NCBI GenBank assembly: GCA_965277805.1
Contig: OZ255842.1
Coordinates: forward strand, 3,488,001-3,552,000
Direction of reading: 5' to 3'
DNA from: Candidatus Lustribacter sp.
GTDB taxonomy: Bacteria > Vulcanimicrobiota > Vulcanimicrobiia > Vulcanimicrobiales > Vulcanimicrobiaceae
Length of the DNA: 64,000 bases
Position numbers and translations under genes: made by a program. How positions within the stretch are numbered: position 1 is the stretch's first letter; each line of letters starts with the position of its first letter. This document shows, in pieces, positions 20,083-30,542 of this stretch. The notes below the pieces were generated by a model that saw nothing but the letters and a program-made list of their open reading frames with translations, did not search any database and had not been told where the DNA came from.

Positions 20083-21098
20083 CTGTGGCCCAACGATTGA
20101 ATGACGGCATTGGTCTGGGTGACGGTCACCGTAAACGGCGCAGCCGTGCCGCCGGCACTGCTGGAGATCGACCCGGTGCAGGTCCCCGCTGCCGGCGAGA
20201 GTGCAGACACTGCAACGGAAAACATCACCGGCGCTCCGGGTGCAGAAGCGGTGGACGAACCGACGGCGGCAATTGTTGCGACAGTGCCCGGGAGACTATT
20301 CGCTCCTATGGTACACGCCATTGTTGGAATGAACGTCGGCGCGAAGCCGCTCTGTGTCACGGTTAGCGTCTGCGCCGTCGGCGAGCCGCCGATCACGAGC
20401 GCTGCACTATTTGGCGTGATGCTCACCGCTACGGTCGCAGGAGCGGCGGTTGGGCTAGGCGCCGGTGAAGCTGTCGCGGTAAATCGCAGCAGAGCAAAAT
20501 TTGCCGGGACGTTTGCCGCAAGAGCAAACGGCAATCCGCTCGATGCGAACGTCAACGTCGATGCAACGATCGTTGCCGGGCCTGCCCAGGTCAGATTCCA
20601 GCCCGTTACAGGATCATAGAACGCGAGCATGTACGTCGCCCCCGCAACAATCGTGTTCGCCGGCAACTCAAGTGTGAACACCGGCGCCGCGCCGAACGAG
20701 ATCGTTGCCGAAGACGTAACGATGATCGAGGAGACGGTGTCGATGTTCGCGAGGCCGAGCGGCTTTCGTGTCAGCGCGGAACTACTGATCGGAAGGGACG
20801 GCAACGTTTTTACCGGCGACGGCTGCACCGTCACCACGAACCTTACGCCGGCGAGCCCGAGCAGCGGCGCCGGGGCCGCGATCGTACCCGAGAGAATCTC
20901 TTGCGTCGGGGGCAACGTGAGAGCGAATGTGCTACCGCCACCGCCCGAGGCTTGCGTCGCAGAAAACGGAAGGGCAGGGGTAATCGGCGTCGTTTGGACC
21001 GTCGAAGGTGCGCAACTCACCATTGCCTGCGCGACTGTCATCAGAAGAAAAAAGCGTATCGCGCAACCGCGTCGCAAAAGGTGATGCATAGAACTCAC
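20079..21098 (-). CDS. secreted/lipoprotein hypothetical protein
   Basis: Hydrophobic N-terminus with VSC, Ala/Thr/Pro-rich; stop overlaps the next start; exact start uncertain. Confidence 0.6.
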   Translation of the reverse strand: MSSMHHLLRRGCAIRFFLLMTVAQAMVSCAPSTVQTTPITPALPFSATQASGGGGSTFALTLPPTQEILSGTIAAPAPLLGLAGVRFVVTVQPSPVKTLPSLPISSSALTRKPLGLANIDTVSSIIVTSSATISFGAAPVFTLELPANTIVAGATYMLAFYDPVTGWNLTWAGPATIVASTLTFASSGLPFALAANVPANFALLRFTATASPAPSPTAAPATVAVSITPNSAALVIGGSPTAQTLTVTQSGFAPTFIPTMACTIGANSLPGTVATIAAVGSSTASAPGAPVMFSVAVSALSPAAGTCTGSISSSAGGTAAPFTVTVTQTNAVIQSLGHR

Positions 21099-21214
21099 GT
21101 CCTGTTGTCATCGGCCGGGACAATCCACAACGTGAGGCCGTTCTTACGTTCGGCCGACGACAGCGCCGAACTTTAGGCATGAAAACAATCAGGTCGAGAT
21201 AAACAAACAAGAAT

Positions 21215-21973
21215 CTACACGCCGCCGTACCGTTCGGTGTGGATGAGCCCGGAGGGCACGCCGGCGGCGACGGCGCCGTCCGCACCCGCGTTAACGAATG
21301 AGTTCGTGCCGCAGACGAAGACGGCTTTTGGCGGTGCCGGCAGTTGACTGAGAAGTTCACGAACGATCGTCCCGTCGATTCGGCGCATGTAGTCGCCGGG
21401 ACGCTGCGCCGGTTCACGCGTAATCGCGAACACCAGCTTGAACGTCGGATCGTCGTTAGCATATTGCAGGAGCTCTCCGCGGAAAGGAATGTCGCTCCAC
21501 GTTCGGGCCGACACGAGTAATAGCGCCGGCACGAGCGACTTCTTCGCACGGCGATGACGCAGCATCGACATGAGCGGCACCGTGCCTGAGCCGCCGCCGA
21601 TGAGAAGGAGTGGCCCTCCGTCCGCGACGTCCCAGACAAAGTAGCCGCCGATTGGTCCGCGGAGTTCGATGATGTCGCCCGCCCTTGCGACATCATGGAA
21701 GAACGACGAGACCTCGCCGTTATCGACCTTCTCGATTGCAAGTTCGAGATCGCCCTTGTCTTCCGGCCCGGATGCGATCGAGTAACTCCGTTCAGCCCGG
21801 TAGCCATCGGCCGCCGTGAGGCGGATGTCGACGTGTTGCCCCGCTTGGATCCGAAGCGACTGCGGCAGGCGAAAGAAAAAGCTCTTGATGCGTGGGGTGT
21901 TCTCGACGATTCTCGTAATGGTGGCGTCCTGCCAGCGCAGTGTGACAGGCGCAACTCGCGGTGCATCAGTCAC
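21215..21973 (-). CDS. FAD/NAD-binding ferredoxin reductase-type oxidoreductase
   Basis: RSYSIAS, GEVS, GGGSGTVP, VCG motifs. Confidence 0.9.
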   Translation of the reverse strand: MTDAPRVAPVTLRWQDATITRIVENTPRIKSFFFRLPQSLRIQAGQHVDIRLTAADGYRAERSYSIASGPEDKGDLELAIEKVDNGEVSSFFHDVARAGDIIELRGPIGGYFVWDVADGGPLLLIGGGSGTVPLMSMLRHRRAKKSLVPALLLVSARTWSDIPFRGELLQYANDDPTFKLVFAITREPAQRPGDYMRRIDGTIVRELLSQLPAPPKAVFVCGTNSFVNAGADGAVAAGVPSGLIHTERYGGV

Positions 21974-22568
21974 CGCTGTAGCGTTCCTCTTTCCACGGAT
22001 CGCCGTGGTCGTTGTAACCGCGCGTCTCCCAAAAGCCGGGTGTGTCTTTCGAAATGAATTGAATCGCGTTCACCCATTTGGCCGATTTCCAGAAGTAGAG
22101 GTGCGGAACAAGGAGCCGAGCGGGGCCACCGTGGTCGGGTGGAATCGGCATACCATCGTATTTAAGGGCGACCATCGCCTTGCCGTTGCTCACGTCGGAT
22201 GTGGGCAGATTAGTCGAGTACCCGTCGTAGGAATGCGCAAGCAAAAAGGGGAGCGGATCAGTTAACCCGGCGTCCCGCAGCAGATCGTCGACAGCGACGC
22301 CTTGCCACTTTGTGTTGAACTTTGTCCACGTTGTAACACAGTGGATATCGCGAATGACGCTCGTTTGCGGCAACGCGTTGAACTCGGCCCACGTCCACGT
22401 CTTAATGGGCCTGGGCCCAACGCGAAGCGCGAACGTCCATTTGTCGAGTTGAACTTTGGGCGTGGGGCCCAACGAGAGCACGGGGAAGTCTTGGGTCAGG
22501 TGCTGTCCCGGGGGGAGCCGTCCGCCCGAATCCTCCGAGCGGCGGCCGACAAAGCCGCGTGTTGGCAT
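21966..22568 (-). CDS. sulfite oxidase-like molybdopterin oxidoreductase
   Basis: RLPPGQ, DIHCVTTW, HGGPARLLVPHLYFWKSAKW, GFWE.RGY. Confidence 0.92.
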   Translation of the reverse strand: MPTRGFVGRRSEDSGGRLPPGQHLTQDFPVLSLGPTPKVQLDKWTFALRVGPRPIKTWTWAEFNALPQTSVIRDIHCVTTWTKFNTKWQGVAVDDLLRDAGLTDPLPFLLAHSYDGYSTNLPTSDVSNGKAMVALKYDGMPIPPDHGGPARLLVPHLYFWKSAKWVNAIQFISKDTPGFWETRGYNDHGDPWKEERYSGD

Positions 22569-22674
22569 GCATCGATCTCCTATAGGGAGCGGATTTCCCC
22601 GCCTTCTATCCGGATCGTTGTACCCGTAAGCCAGCGGGGCAGGATCGAGGCATCGGCACCAACGGGCCGCTGAC

Positions 22675-23502
22675 TTATTTAACCGTCAGGTTGAACACGA
22701 CGGGAGCAAAGAGACCCTTGATGCTATCCACCGTTATGGTGAGTGGGCCGTTTCCGTTCGTTATGACCAACGGGCTTTGCGCACCGCTCGGCGTTAAGAT
22801 GAACATCGGGAGATCGGCTTTCCCTGAGGAATCCGTGAAGGTCATCTCCGCGTTCTGGCTGATGAGACCGCCGACTTCCGGTAATTTCATGTCGCAATGC
22901 ATCGCGCGATTCGGCATCAGACACTCCCACATCACCTGGACATTCGGCACCGGATTACCGGCGCGGTCGACGATTTGCACTTCCATGCCCGAGAAATATG
23001 CTTCGCCGCCCGTTTGAAGTTGTGGGTTCGCCGGCCAAACGGCGGTTTGATTATTCCCGAACACGATCTTCGCGACGTACGCCGGCGGAGGGGGCGTCGT
23101 CACCGTTAGACTGAACGACTCGTGCGGTTCGACGTTCGCGGGAATGTTCGAGGGCCCGGTAACATTCACCAAACACGTGCCGGCGGCGGAGGCCGTCACC
23201 GAAATGGTGGACTGGATGGGCGAAAGCGCATCAACGACCGGCGTTATTTTGCACTGAGCCGAATCGTTGGCAGCATCGACCGACCAAACGACGTTTCTCG
23301 AACCCTCGACGCCGAGCGGCGTCTGCACCAGTAATTTCGCCGACAACGTATTTGGGAACGTCGCCGGGAATTTGGTGACGTTCATCTTCTGCGCGTCACC
23401 GCTCACTTTTTGAATCGAAACGGGGCTGGCAGCAAGACTGGGCGTCATGCCGAGACAAATCCAAGCCAAGCTGACAACCAAGACGAATGAACGTTTGACC
23501 AT
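22675..23502 (-). CDS. secreted hypothetical protein with Ig-like segments
   Basis: Signal peptide; two SGDAQ/FGNNQ units; VDRAGNPVPNVQV.W and TDSSGKA Big-like motifs. Confidence 0.65.
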   Translation of the reverse strand: MVKRSFVLVVSLAWICLGMTPSLAASPVSIQKVSGDAQKMNVTKFPATFPNTLSAKLLVQTPLGVEGSRNVVWSVDAANDSAQCKITPVVDALSPIQSTISVTASAAGTCLVNVTGPSNIPANVEPHESFSLTVTTPPPPAYVAKIVFGNNQTAVWPANPQLQTGGEAYFSGMEVQIVDRAGNPVPNVQVMWECLMPNRAMHCDMKLPEVGGLISQNAEMTFTDSSGKADLPMFILTPSGAQSPLVITNGNGPLTITVDSIKGLFAPVVFNLTVK

Positions 23503-23598
23503 ACGATCTCAATCGGCAGCTTGTTCCACGAAAGTGAGGCGTCGCTTTGCCGCCTACTAACGCAAAGGAGCCTTCAATGGCGCGCTTGGGGATGCAGA

Positions 23599-24537
23599 TC
23601 ACACGCCGGGCGCGCGCAGTTCCGCGGCCGAAAACGGCTGCGGAATGAACCCGTAGCGAGCCATGACGTTGATGACCGGCTGAATGAGGCTCGGGTCGAT
23701 CTTCGTCGCAAAGACCGTGCGCGGATACGAAGCGATCACTGCCGGGTCGATCTTCGTCAGCTGCGCTAAGAGCACCGCGACCTCGGCGTGGTTGCCGTTC
23801 GTCCAGTTTGCCGTCTTCAGCAGCGCAGCGGCAACACGGCGCGTGAGCTCCGGATTCTGCGTAGCCCATTCCTTGTTGCTGATTGCGCCGGTCGTCTGGA
23901 ACGGCTTTCCGTCGTTGACGGCCTCGTAGGGGAAGCCGATCGTCTTCACTTTGTCTTTGATCGCGCTATAGCCCGGCTCGACGATCACCGCGGCGTCAAG
24001 ACGTCCCGCCAAGATCGCCGGCCCCATCTGCACCATCGGAATCTCGAAAAATTTCGACGCGTGCGAATCACCCCCACGCTTGTCGATCCAGGCCATCGCG
24101 GCGGCTTGCACCATGTCGCTGAGCGTCGTGACGCCGATCGTCTTGCCGGCGAGACCCTTGGCATCGTCGATCGGGGAGTTGGGCGCGACGATCATGTGCG
24201 CCAGCGGTGCGCTCGGCGAGTAGAGCCCTCCTGGTCCGATCACATAGATGGGCAAGCCGCGCACGTGTGCCGATGAGAGCGAGCCGCTGTTCGTCACGCC
24301 GACGTTGAGCGTGCCGTTGATCACCGCCGTCGTTACCAGGCCGCCGCCGTTGAACAGCGCCACATCGACGTCGAGACCGGCGTCACGGAAAAAGCCCTTT
24401 TGCACCGCGTAATATGGCAGCGCGAATTCCTCGACCGGGCCGGTTCCGGCGTGCAGGCTCGGAGCGGCCGCACGAACGACGGCAGGGATGAACGCAGCTG
24501 CTGAACCTGCCACGCGAACAAAGTGCGATCGTTTCAT
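23599..24537 (-). CDS. ABC substrate-binding protein (NMT1/SsuA type)
   Basis: MKRSHF start; YAVQKGFFRDAGL, LAGKTIGV. Confidence 0.85.
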   Translation of the reverse strand: MKRSHFVRVAGSAAAFIPAVVRAAAPSLHAGTGPVEEFALPYYAVQKGFFRDAGLDVDVALFNGGGLVTTAVINGTLNVGVTNSGSLSSAHVRGLPIYVIGPGGLYSPSAPLAHMIVAPNSPIDDAKGLAGKTIGVTTLSDMVQAAAMAWIDKRGGDSHASKFFEIPMVQMGPAILAGRLDAAVIVEPGYSAIKDKVKTIGFPYEAVNDGKPFQTTGAISNKEWATQNPELTRRVAAALLKTANWTNGNHAEVAVLLAQLTKIDPAVIASYPRTVFATKIDPSLIQPVINVMARYGFIPQPFSAAELRAPGV

Positions 24538-24592
24538 CGGATGGTCTCCAGAGATCCTCGAGTTCGGAAGGAAGGCCATTTGGGGACAGATA

Positions 24593-24606
24593 ATTTGGTA
24601 CCAAAT
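24593..24606. promoter_or_regulatory. perfect 14-bp palindrome ATTTGGTACCAAAT overlapping the MarR start, probable operator
   Basis: Exact dyad in the divergent intergenic region. Confidence 0.6.
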
Positions 24607-25072
24607 GACTTTACCGGCGCTTTCGCCGCGTTCTCGACAGATTCCGTCCGCAGGCGGCCCCGGTCATCTCATTCGTCGCGCGCATCGCGCCGTCGCGAGC
24701 ACGATGGGTGAGGTACTGTCCGAACTCGGCATCGCGGTGAACCACTATTTTTATCTGCGAGCGTTGTTCGAACAGGACGGCTTGACGCCGGCAGAACTGA
24801 GCGCGCGCATTGGTATGGACCGCGCTACCGTGACAAACGTGCTCGACACGATGCAGGCCCAGGACCTCGTGCGCCGCGCGCCACATCCGCATGACCGCCG
24901 GCGTGTCTGCATCTTTCTGACGGCTCGCGGCGAGGGGCTGCGTGAACCGGTGCTCGACGCGATGGCCACGGTTAACGCAACGGCAGTCGAGGGCATTTCG
25001 GCAGCCGAATTCGAGCACTTCCGAACGACGATCGAAAAGATCATCGCCAACCTCACGAGTCAACCATGCTGA
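24605..25072 (+). CDS. MarR family transcriptional regulator
   Basis: GHLIRRAHR, DGLTPAELS, DRRRVCIFLTARG. Confidence 0.9.
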   Translation: MTLPALSPRSRQIPSAGGPGHLIRRAHRAVASTMGEVLSELGIAVNHYFYLRALFEQDGLTPAELSARIGMDRATVTNVLDTMQAQDLVRRAPHPHDRRRVCIFLTARGEGLREPVLDAMATVNATAVEGISAAEFEHFRTTIEKIIANLTSQPC

Positions 25073-26388
25073 GCAAAGAAGACAACGAACTCCTCACCCG
25101 CATCGGACCCGGCACGCCGATGGGCAACCTGCTACGCTGCTACTGGTTCCCGTTTCTCCTCAGTCGCGACGTGCATGCCGACGGCAAGCCGGAACGGTTG
25201 CAACTGCTTGGTGAAGATCTGCTGGCCTTTCGCGACACGAACGGCGCGGTGGGCTTAGTCGCCGAACGCTGCCCGCACCGGCGCGCAAGTTTGTATTTCG
25301 GCCGCAACGAGCAGTGTGGAATTCGTTGTATCTACCACGGTTGGAAATTCGACGTCCACGGAACCTGCATCGATCAGCCGAGTGAGCCGGAAGGCAGCTC
25401 GTTCAAAGATAAGATTCGCATCGCGTCCTATCCCTGTGTCGAGCGCGGCGGTTTCGTTTGGACGTACATGGGCGTACTGCCAGCCCCGCCGCTGCCGCGA
25501 TTCGAATGGATGGAACTTCCCGAAGAGCGGCTGATCGCCTCAATGCGCGTGCAGTGCTCGAATTGGGCACAAGCACTCGAAGGGGATTTCGACCAGAGCC
25601 ACGTTTCATTTTTGCACAGTCGGCTCGACGTGAGCGATGCAGAAAACGCGACCATCACGACCTCGCTCGTCGACCGCATCCGGGCCGAGGATCGCCACCC
25701 CGTCTTCGAGGTCGAGTCAACGCCGTACGGCACGTGCATCGCAGCAGGCCGCAGGGCTCCCGGCGGCCAGCGCTATTGGCGTCTCACCCAGCATCTGATG
25801 CCGAACTATTCGATGACCGGCCCATACGGTCCCAATCCGAAGCGCTTTTGGCGGGTGTGGGTGCCGATGGACGATCATACCGTGGTCGTGCTCGGCGTCA
25901 TGTACCATCCGCTGCGGGCGCTCACCGACGAGGAGCGAGCGCTCGAGCTGACCCGTTCATCGGTCTCCAATATAGCGCCGGAGTTTCGCGCGCCGGCCAC
26001 CTCAAAGCCGTTCGGACGATATCGCGCGCTGGCGTCGATCGATAATGACTTTTTCCAAGACCGCGAGCTACAGCAGACTCGCTCGTACTCGGGTATTCCG
26101 GAGTTTTGGGCGCAGGATGCAGCGATGCAGGTCAGCATGGGTGCCATCTGCGAGCGCAACCTCGAGCACCTCGGCACGAGTGACTCGGCGATCATTGCAG
26201 TTCGTAAACGCTTGCTGACGGCCGCCAAAGAGTTGCGCGATCGCGAGACCGTGCCGGGCGAGATCGCTGACCCGGATTGCTACTACACGCGCTCGGACGC
26301 GATACTGCTACCGGCCGACGCGCCCTGGTTCGCCGCAACCGCCGAGCGCCGCGCGATCGCAGCCGGCATCAACCCCGACTGCCCCTGA
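25066..26388 (+). CDS. Rieske aromatic oxygenase alpha subunit (phthalate dioxygenase-like)
   Basis: CPHR...CIYHGW, EGDFDQSHVSFLH, QDAAMQ.SMG. Confidence 0.92.
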   Translation: MLSKEDNELLTRIGPGTPMGNLLRCYWFPFLLSRDVHADGKPERLQLLGEDLLAFRDTNGAVGLVAERCPHRRASLYFGRNEQCGIRCIYHGWKFDVHGTCIDQPSEPEGSSFKDKIRIASYPCVERGGFVWTYMGVLPAPPLPRFEWMELPEERLIASMRVQCSNWAQALEGDFDQSHVSFLHSRLDVSDAENATITTSLVDRIRAEDRHPVFEVESTPYGTCIAAGRRAPGGQRYWRLTQHLMPNYSMTGPYGPNPKRFWRVWVPMDDHTVVVLGVMYHPLRALTDEERALELTRSSVSNIAPEFRAPATSKPFGRYRALASIDNDFFQDRELQQTRSYSGIPEFWAQDAAMQVSMGAICERNLEHLGTSDSAIIAVRKRLLTAAKELRDRETVPGEIADPDCYYTRSDAILLPADAPWFAATAERRAIAAGINPDCP

Positions 26389-26451
26389 CCGCTCGCAGGT
26401 TCTCCCAATTTCACCATTTCGTGAAGACGCGCTCATAACGCGGCCGACGCC

Positions 26452-26751
26452 TTAGCGTTTTGCGCTGCGCTTCACGGCGCCGGCATTCATGAGCGTGATC
26501 GAGAGATACGCGCCGATCCAGGAACCGATCGCTGCGAAAATGACGTACACCCAGTTTCGGGTGTAGCTGATGACCGCAAACGAGGAGAGCAAATACCACG
26601 CACTGCTCCAGCTTGCCGCGGCGATGCGGTTGCGGCTCGAAACCGCTGCCGTAAATGCAACGTACACGGCATCGGTTGTCGCAGTACTTACGATCACACC
26701 CAGCGCAAGCCACGGCTGGATCAGCGCGAGTTGCCCGAGCAGCGCATTCAT
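26452..26751 (-). CDS. small hypothetical membrane protein
   Basis: 99 aa with three hydrophobic segments. Confidence 0.6.
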   Translation of the reverse strand: MNALLGQLALIQPWLALGVIVSTATTDAVYVAFTAAVSSRNRIAAASWSSAWYLLSSFAVISYTRNWVYVIFAAIGSWIGAYLSITLMNAGAVKRSAKR

Positions 26752-26829
26752 CCGGCTTGAAGCGAAATCGGGCAGCCCGAAAGCAGCGTCTTCTGAGTCT
26801 CCATGACAGTATCAGTGTGCAGCACCGCG

Positions 26830-28740
26830 TTAAAGCCTGCCGCGTGGCTTCGTCTCGGGACCGGGCACCGGTGCCGCCTGCATCGGGTCTTGCGGCGCCG
26901 GCCTTAATTTGAGCCAGCCGCCAGTCACTGCCACAACGCGTAAAAGCCGCTGACCGAGCCTCGCCTGCGCAGCCGATGCCCAAGGAAACGGCTTCATCGC
27001 CCCCGCCATCGTCTGCTCATATGGTGCGACCGAGGTTGCGTCATGGACCGCGCGCGCGTACTCGTCGAACACGACGAGTGTGGAGCGTAGGCGCGTTACA
27101 CGCTGCTCTTCCCACCTCGTCGTCGGAGCCTGTAACGGAGGCGCGAAGAACTGTTGGATCAATTCATCGCCGGCTTGCGCTCCGTCTTGCATGAGCGTCT
27201 TGATCGTTGTGTCCGCCATGGCAAGATTGAGGCCGCCCTGAGTCGCGTCGAGTTGGATCTCGACGACGCGCTCGCGGTAACCCGATAGCTGCATGAGTAT
27301 ATTGTCATTCCAGTTCTGCATTGCGTCCAGAACCGCGGCCAGGAACGAGGGAAGACGATTGCCTCCCGACTCCGAAACTTCGTTGACGTCAGGGGCATTC
27401 GCGTCGGCCATTGCCACTCGCTTTGCGGAACCAGGTACGACGTTGCGCAAATTGAGAGCAAATGTCGGCCAACGCGGCAGCGGATTGTCGAAGAACTGGA
27501 TCGGTAGGTTGCTCGAAATTCCGCCATCGCTGAACCAACACTTTTGGGGCGGCGTCTGCTGCGGATTAGCAGCTTTGGGAACCGCATAGAGGGGAATTGC
27601 GCTGAAGAGAAGCGGAAACGACAGGCTCATCCGCGCCGCCATGACCACGGGAAAGTCTTCAGGGGGTGGCAGCGGGTCCAACACGACGGCTTGCTTCGTT
27701 TCGGGATCGGTGTAACGTTCTTGCGGAAGCCCCGCGTTCTTCGAAGTAACGAGCAAGTGCTGCACAACTTGCGGCGGAAACAGATCTGCCATCTCACGCT
27801 GATCGAAATAGTACGTGTACAGGTTGAGCGGGCTAAACGGCAATCGATAAGGTCGCCCGATCGTCACATTCGTCGTCACCATTTCGAGGTTGATCGACCG
27901 GCAACCGCGGTTTTGGAGATCGTCCAAGTAATCGTTGCCCGTTGTCGTGCATTCTGACATGACGCCACCCGGCAGCCACGGTGCTTTCGCCCCCCAAAGG
28001 TCACCGAACGTCAGGGGCGCCGGCCCGGGAAGATTTGCGTATGCGTTGATCTTTTGGTAGAGCCACGTCGTCAGCGGAAGCGGCTTTCCGCGCTGTTGCG
28101 AAATACCAGTGCACATCCCGAAGTAATTTTCCGGAACCCTCGTCCGTATTGTACGCCAGAGGCCGAACGAGACACCGAGCGTCGCCGCTAGGCCGGCAAA
28201 GGGCACCGTCAGCAGGAGCGCCCATGAGAATGCCGCGGGCGAGTTAAGGAGGCTTCTCTGAATCGGAAACGCCAGTGCTTCCGTTAGGAGGACCAGACCG
28301 ACCGACCACGGCCAATACGATCGGAAAGCCCGAAGAACGATCGCGGGTATCGGTCGATTCTGGGTTGCAGCGAGTAGCGCGTCAAATAGCGGCTTTGTCG
28401 CCATCGACGGTTGAAATAAATTCAGTAAGCCGTTGTTCTGCGCGAGAAAAATCGGCAGCGCCGCGAGCTGCTTAAACCCGTCGCCACCGGCACGTCGGCT
28501 ATACTCTGCCGCGGCCCCCAACGCAGCGGCGATGGCACCGGCGGACGTCCCGCCGATATTCCGGAACAAATAGCGTTGCGCGAGCCGGCAAATGGCAAGC
28601 GGATACACTACGCCACTCGTGACCCCCCCTTTCATTACGACGTCGCAGAACGGGGTGTCTGGCGAGTTGGGATACGTCGCGTCGATGTACGGCTGCGCGA
28701 TCTGCTCGGGTGACAGTTGCGCCGCGTCTACCAGTTCCAC
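26830..28740 (-). CDS. patatin-like phospholipase with an internal transmembrane hairpin
   Basis: KGGVTSG, GTSAG, DGG catalytic motifs; GTG start at 28740 chosen by overlap and RBS. Confidence 0.85.
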   Translation of the reverse strand: MELVDAAQLSPEQIAQPYIDATYPNSPDTPFCDVVMKGGVTSGVVYPLAICRLAQRYLFRNIGGTSAGAIAAALGAAAEYSRRAGGDGFKQLAALPIFLAQNNGLLNLFQPSMATKPLFDALLAATQNRPIPAIVLRAFRSYWPWSVGLVLLTEALAFPIQRSLLNSPAAFSWALLLTVPFAGLAATLGVSFGLWRTIRTRVPENYFGMCTGISQQRGKPLPLTTWLYQKINAYANLPGPAPLTFGDLWGAKAPWLPGGVMSECTTTGNDYLDDLQNRGCRSINLEMVTTNVTIGRPYRLPFSPLNLYTYYFDQREMADLFPPQVVQHLLVTSKNAGLPQERYTDPETKQAVVLDPLPPPEDFPVVMAARMSLSFPLLFSAIPLYAVPKAANPQQTPPQKCWFSDGGISSNLPIQFFDNPLPRWPTFALNLRNVVPGSAKRVAMADANAPDVNEVSESGGNRLPSFLAAVLDAMQNWNDNILMQLSGYRERVVEIQLDATQGGLNLAMADTTIKTLMQDGAQAGDELIQQFFAPPLQAPTTRWEEQRVTRLRSTLVVFDEYARAVHDATSVAPYEQTMAGAMKPFPWASAAQARLGQRLLRVVAVTGGWLKLRPAPQDPMQAAPVPGPETKPRGRL

Positions 28741-30542
28741 TGGTCCACAACCTCGTTCGACGGCAAGCCGAGTTCCGCGCACAGCCAGAGCGCTGCCTGA
28801 GCCCGCGTCATGCTCGCGCTCGGCCACGGGAGCACCTTTCCGGCGTGATCGTTCACGGCGTCACGTTCGCTCTGCGTTATGGGATCGGAGGGACGGAAGT
28901 GCAGCGAGTTCGGGTCGCTCAGAAAGCCACGCACACCCAGCAGATGCGCTGCTGCAAACGTCTTCGGATCGTCAAACGTAACGTCGTCCCACCAGAAAAT
29001 CGGCGTTCCGTATTCGAGAAGACGCAGCTGCAACGCGGCAAGGCGAGCAGTGTTTCCGTGCGCATCGGCCGGCATAACGCCTTGACCAACACAGTATGCG
29101 GCCAAGGTACCGGCAGCTTCCCCGATGGCCCATTCTCCCGGATGAACGCGATATGCCCCGCTCGTGATGTGCGTGGCTCCGATATTCTTGCACGCTGCGA
29201 TCACATTGGATGCGTCGGTTGGGATAAGGGAGCCCAGGGGAATCTGGAACGGCCTGACGCTGATGCCGCCCACCCACGGTGTTCCGGGCGGCCCGTAACA
29301 TTGATGCACGTCAATGCCGTAATAGCAGATCCCGCATGAATCCGCGAAGTTCATCGGCGCACGGGCAAGTGGAGACTTGCTGTCTTCCACGGAAATGTGC
29401 TGCTCGAGGACGCGGACGATGGGGTGCGCGAGGCGGCGTGACTCGCGGATGTACGCCTGCGGAGCCGTTCCATCTTCGCGACCGAAGATATCGGTCCGCA
29501 CTTTTAGATTCGGGTAGCCCTTCCCCGGGCTTCCATCGTCGTGTGGCGCTTCGGTTTGCAGCCAGTACAGATACGCCAGCGAAGCGCCGCGCGCGGCCTC
29601 GACGATGGCGGCATCGGCGGCATCATCTCCAGTGGGGATGACGGCCGCTTGGTAATCGTTGCAGCCGACATTGATGACGCTCCGGTCGTTCGGGTAGTCC
29701 GCGTCGGCAAAATTTGCGTGATCGAGATACTGACGATAATTGAATATCGTTTCCCACTCCGGATGATCGGAATGTGCCGACGAGAGCACACCGCCGATGT
29801 AGCCGTTGCGATTGTCGTACATCTGAAAGTCCTGTGCCTCGATCAGCTCCGGCGTGTAGGCGCCCGGCTTCGCGATCACATGATTCTCACCGGCCGGACA
29901 GCGTTCGACGGCAATGGACACGGTGATTGGCTGAATGTGGCCCGGATTCGGGGTCGGCTCCGCGTGCGGCTCGTCCGTGTCGCTTTTTGCTTCTGCGCCG
30001 ATGACCCAGCTGATGCCGGCTTTCGGAAGGAGTCGACCGAGGTCGGTCGCATCGACGAAGATTTTGCCGCTCATCGTATCGCCGTTTGACAGTACGAGCG
30101 AGGTTACGTGCCCGTCGTTGACGTTGACCGTCGCCACATCCGTACGAAGCATCACCGTAACGTTCGAAGCCACGTCCTTCAGCAATTGCTCCAACACTGT
30201 TTGGGTGACGTTGCAATCAGCTGAAAACGGATGGCCCGAGCTAGAGAAACCGGGGTTGAACTCCTGGCCGTTGACGCCGGCCGCAAGAACTGCGTTCGAG
30301 CGATACCAGCCCCTAATGTCGTCTTTCAGTAACTGATACGATTTTGAGCTTCCGTACCTGTTCGGCGAACTGATCTCCGCCGTTTCGTCCCAGCGTGTCA
30401 ATCCTTGCGTCGTCGCCTGCCCACCCACGCCTTCGCCGGAATCAACAAGAACAATACTCTTGCCGTAACGCGCACCGGCAAGAGCGGCCGATACGCCGCC
30501 AAAGCTGGCGCCGAGGATCACGATATCGTATTCGCGCGTCAT
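28728..30542 (-). CDS. FAD-dependent oxidoreductase (FAD_oxidored type) with an SLH-like C-terminus
   Basis: YDIVILGASFGGVSAA, DATDLG, YIRESRR, YRVHPGEW; tail FRPSDPIT...MTRAQAA. Confidence 0.8.
   Translation of the reverse strand: MTREYDIVILGASFGGVSAALAGARYGKSIVLVDSGEGVGGQATTQGLTRWDETAEISSPNRYGSSKSYQLLKDDIRGWYRSNAVLAAGVNGQEFNPGFSSSGHPFSADCNVTQTVLEQLLKDVASNVTVMLRTDVATVNVNDGHVTSLVLSNGDTMSGKIFVDATDLGRLLPKAGISWVIGAEAKSDTDEPHAEPTPNPGHIQPITVSIAVERCPAGENHVIAKPGAYTPELIEAQDFQMYDNRNGYIGGVLSSAHSDHPEWETIFNYRQYLDHANFADADYPNDRSVINVGCNDYQAAVIPTGDDAADAAIVEAARGASLAYLYWLQTEAPHDDGSPGKGYPNLKVRTDIFGREDGTAPQAYIRESRRLAHPIVRVLEQHISVEDSKSPLARAPMNFADSCGICYYGIDVHQCYGPPGTPWVGGISVRPFQIPLGSLIPTDASNVIAACKNIGATHITSGAYRVHPGEWAIGEAAGTLAAYCVGQGVMPADAHGNTARLAALQLRLLEYGTPIFWWDDVTFDDPKTFAAAHLLGVRGFLSDPNSLHFRPSDPITQSERDAVNDHAGKVLPWPSASMTRAQAALWLCAELGLPSNEVVDQWNW

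Noticed and set aside
26830-28740. CBASS call from the patatin
   Set aside because: No nucleotidyltransferase or other CBASS gene is adjacent.
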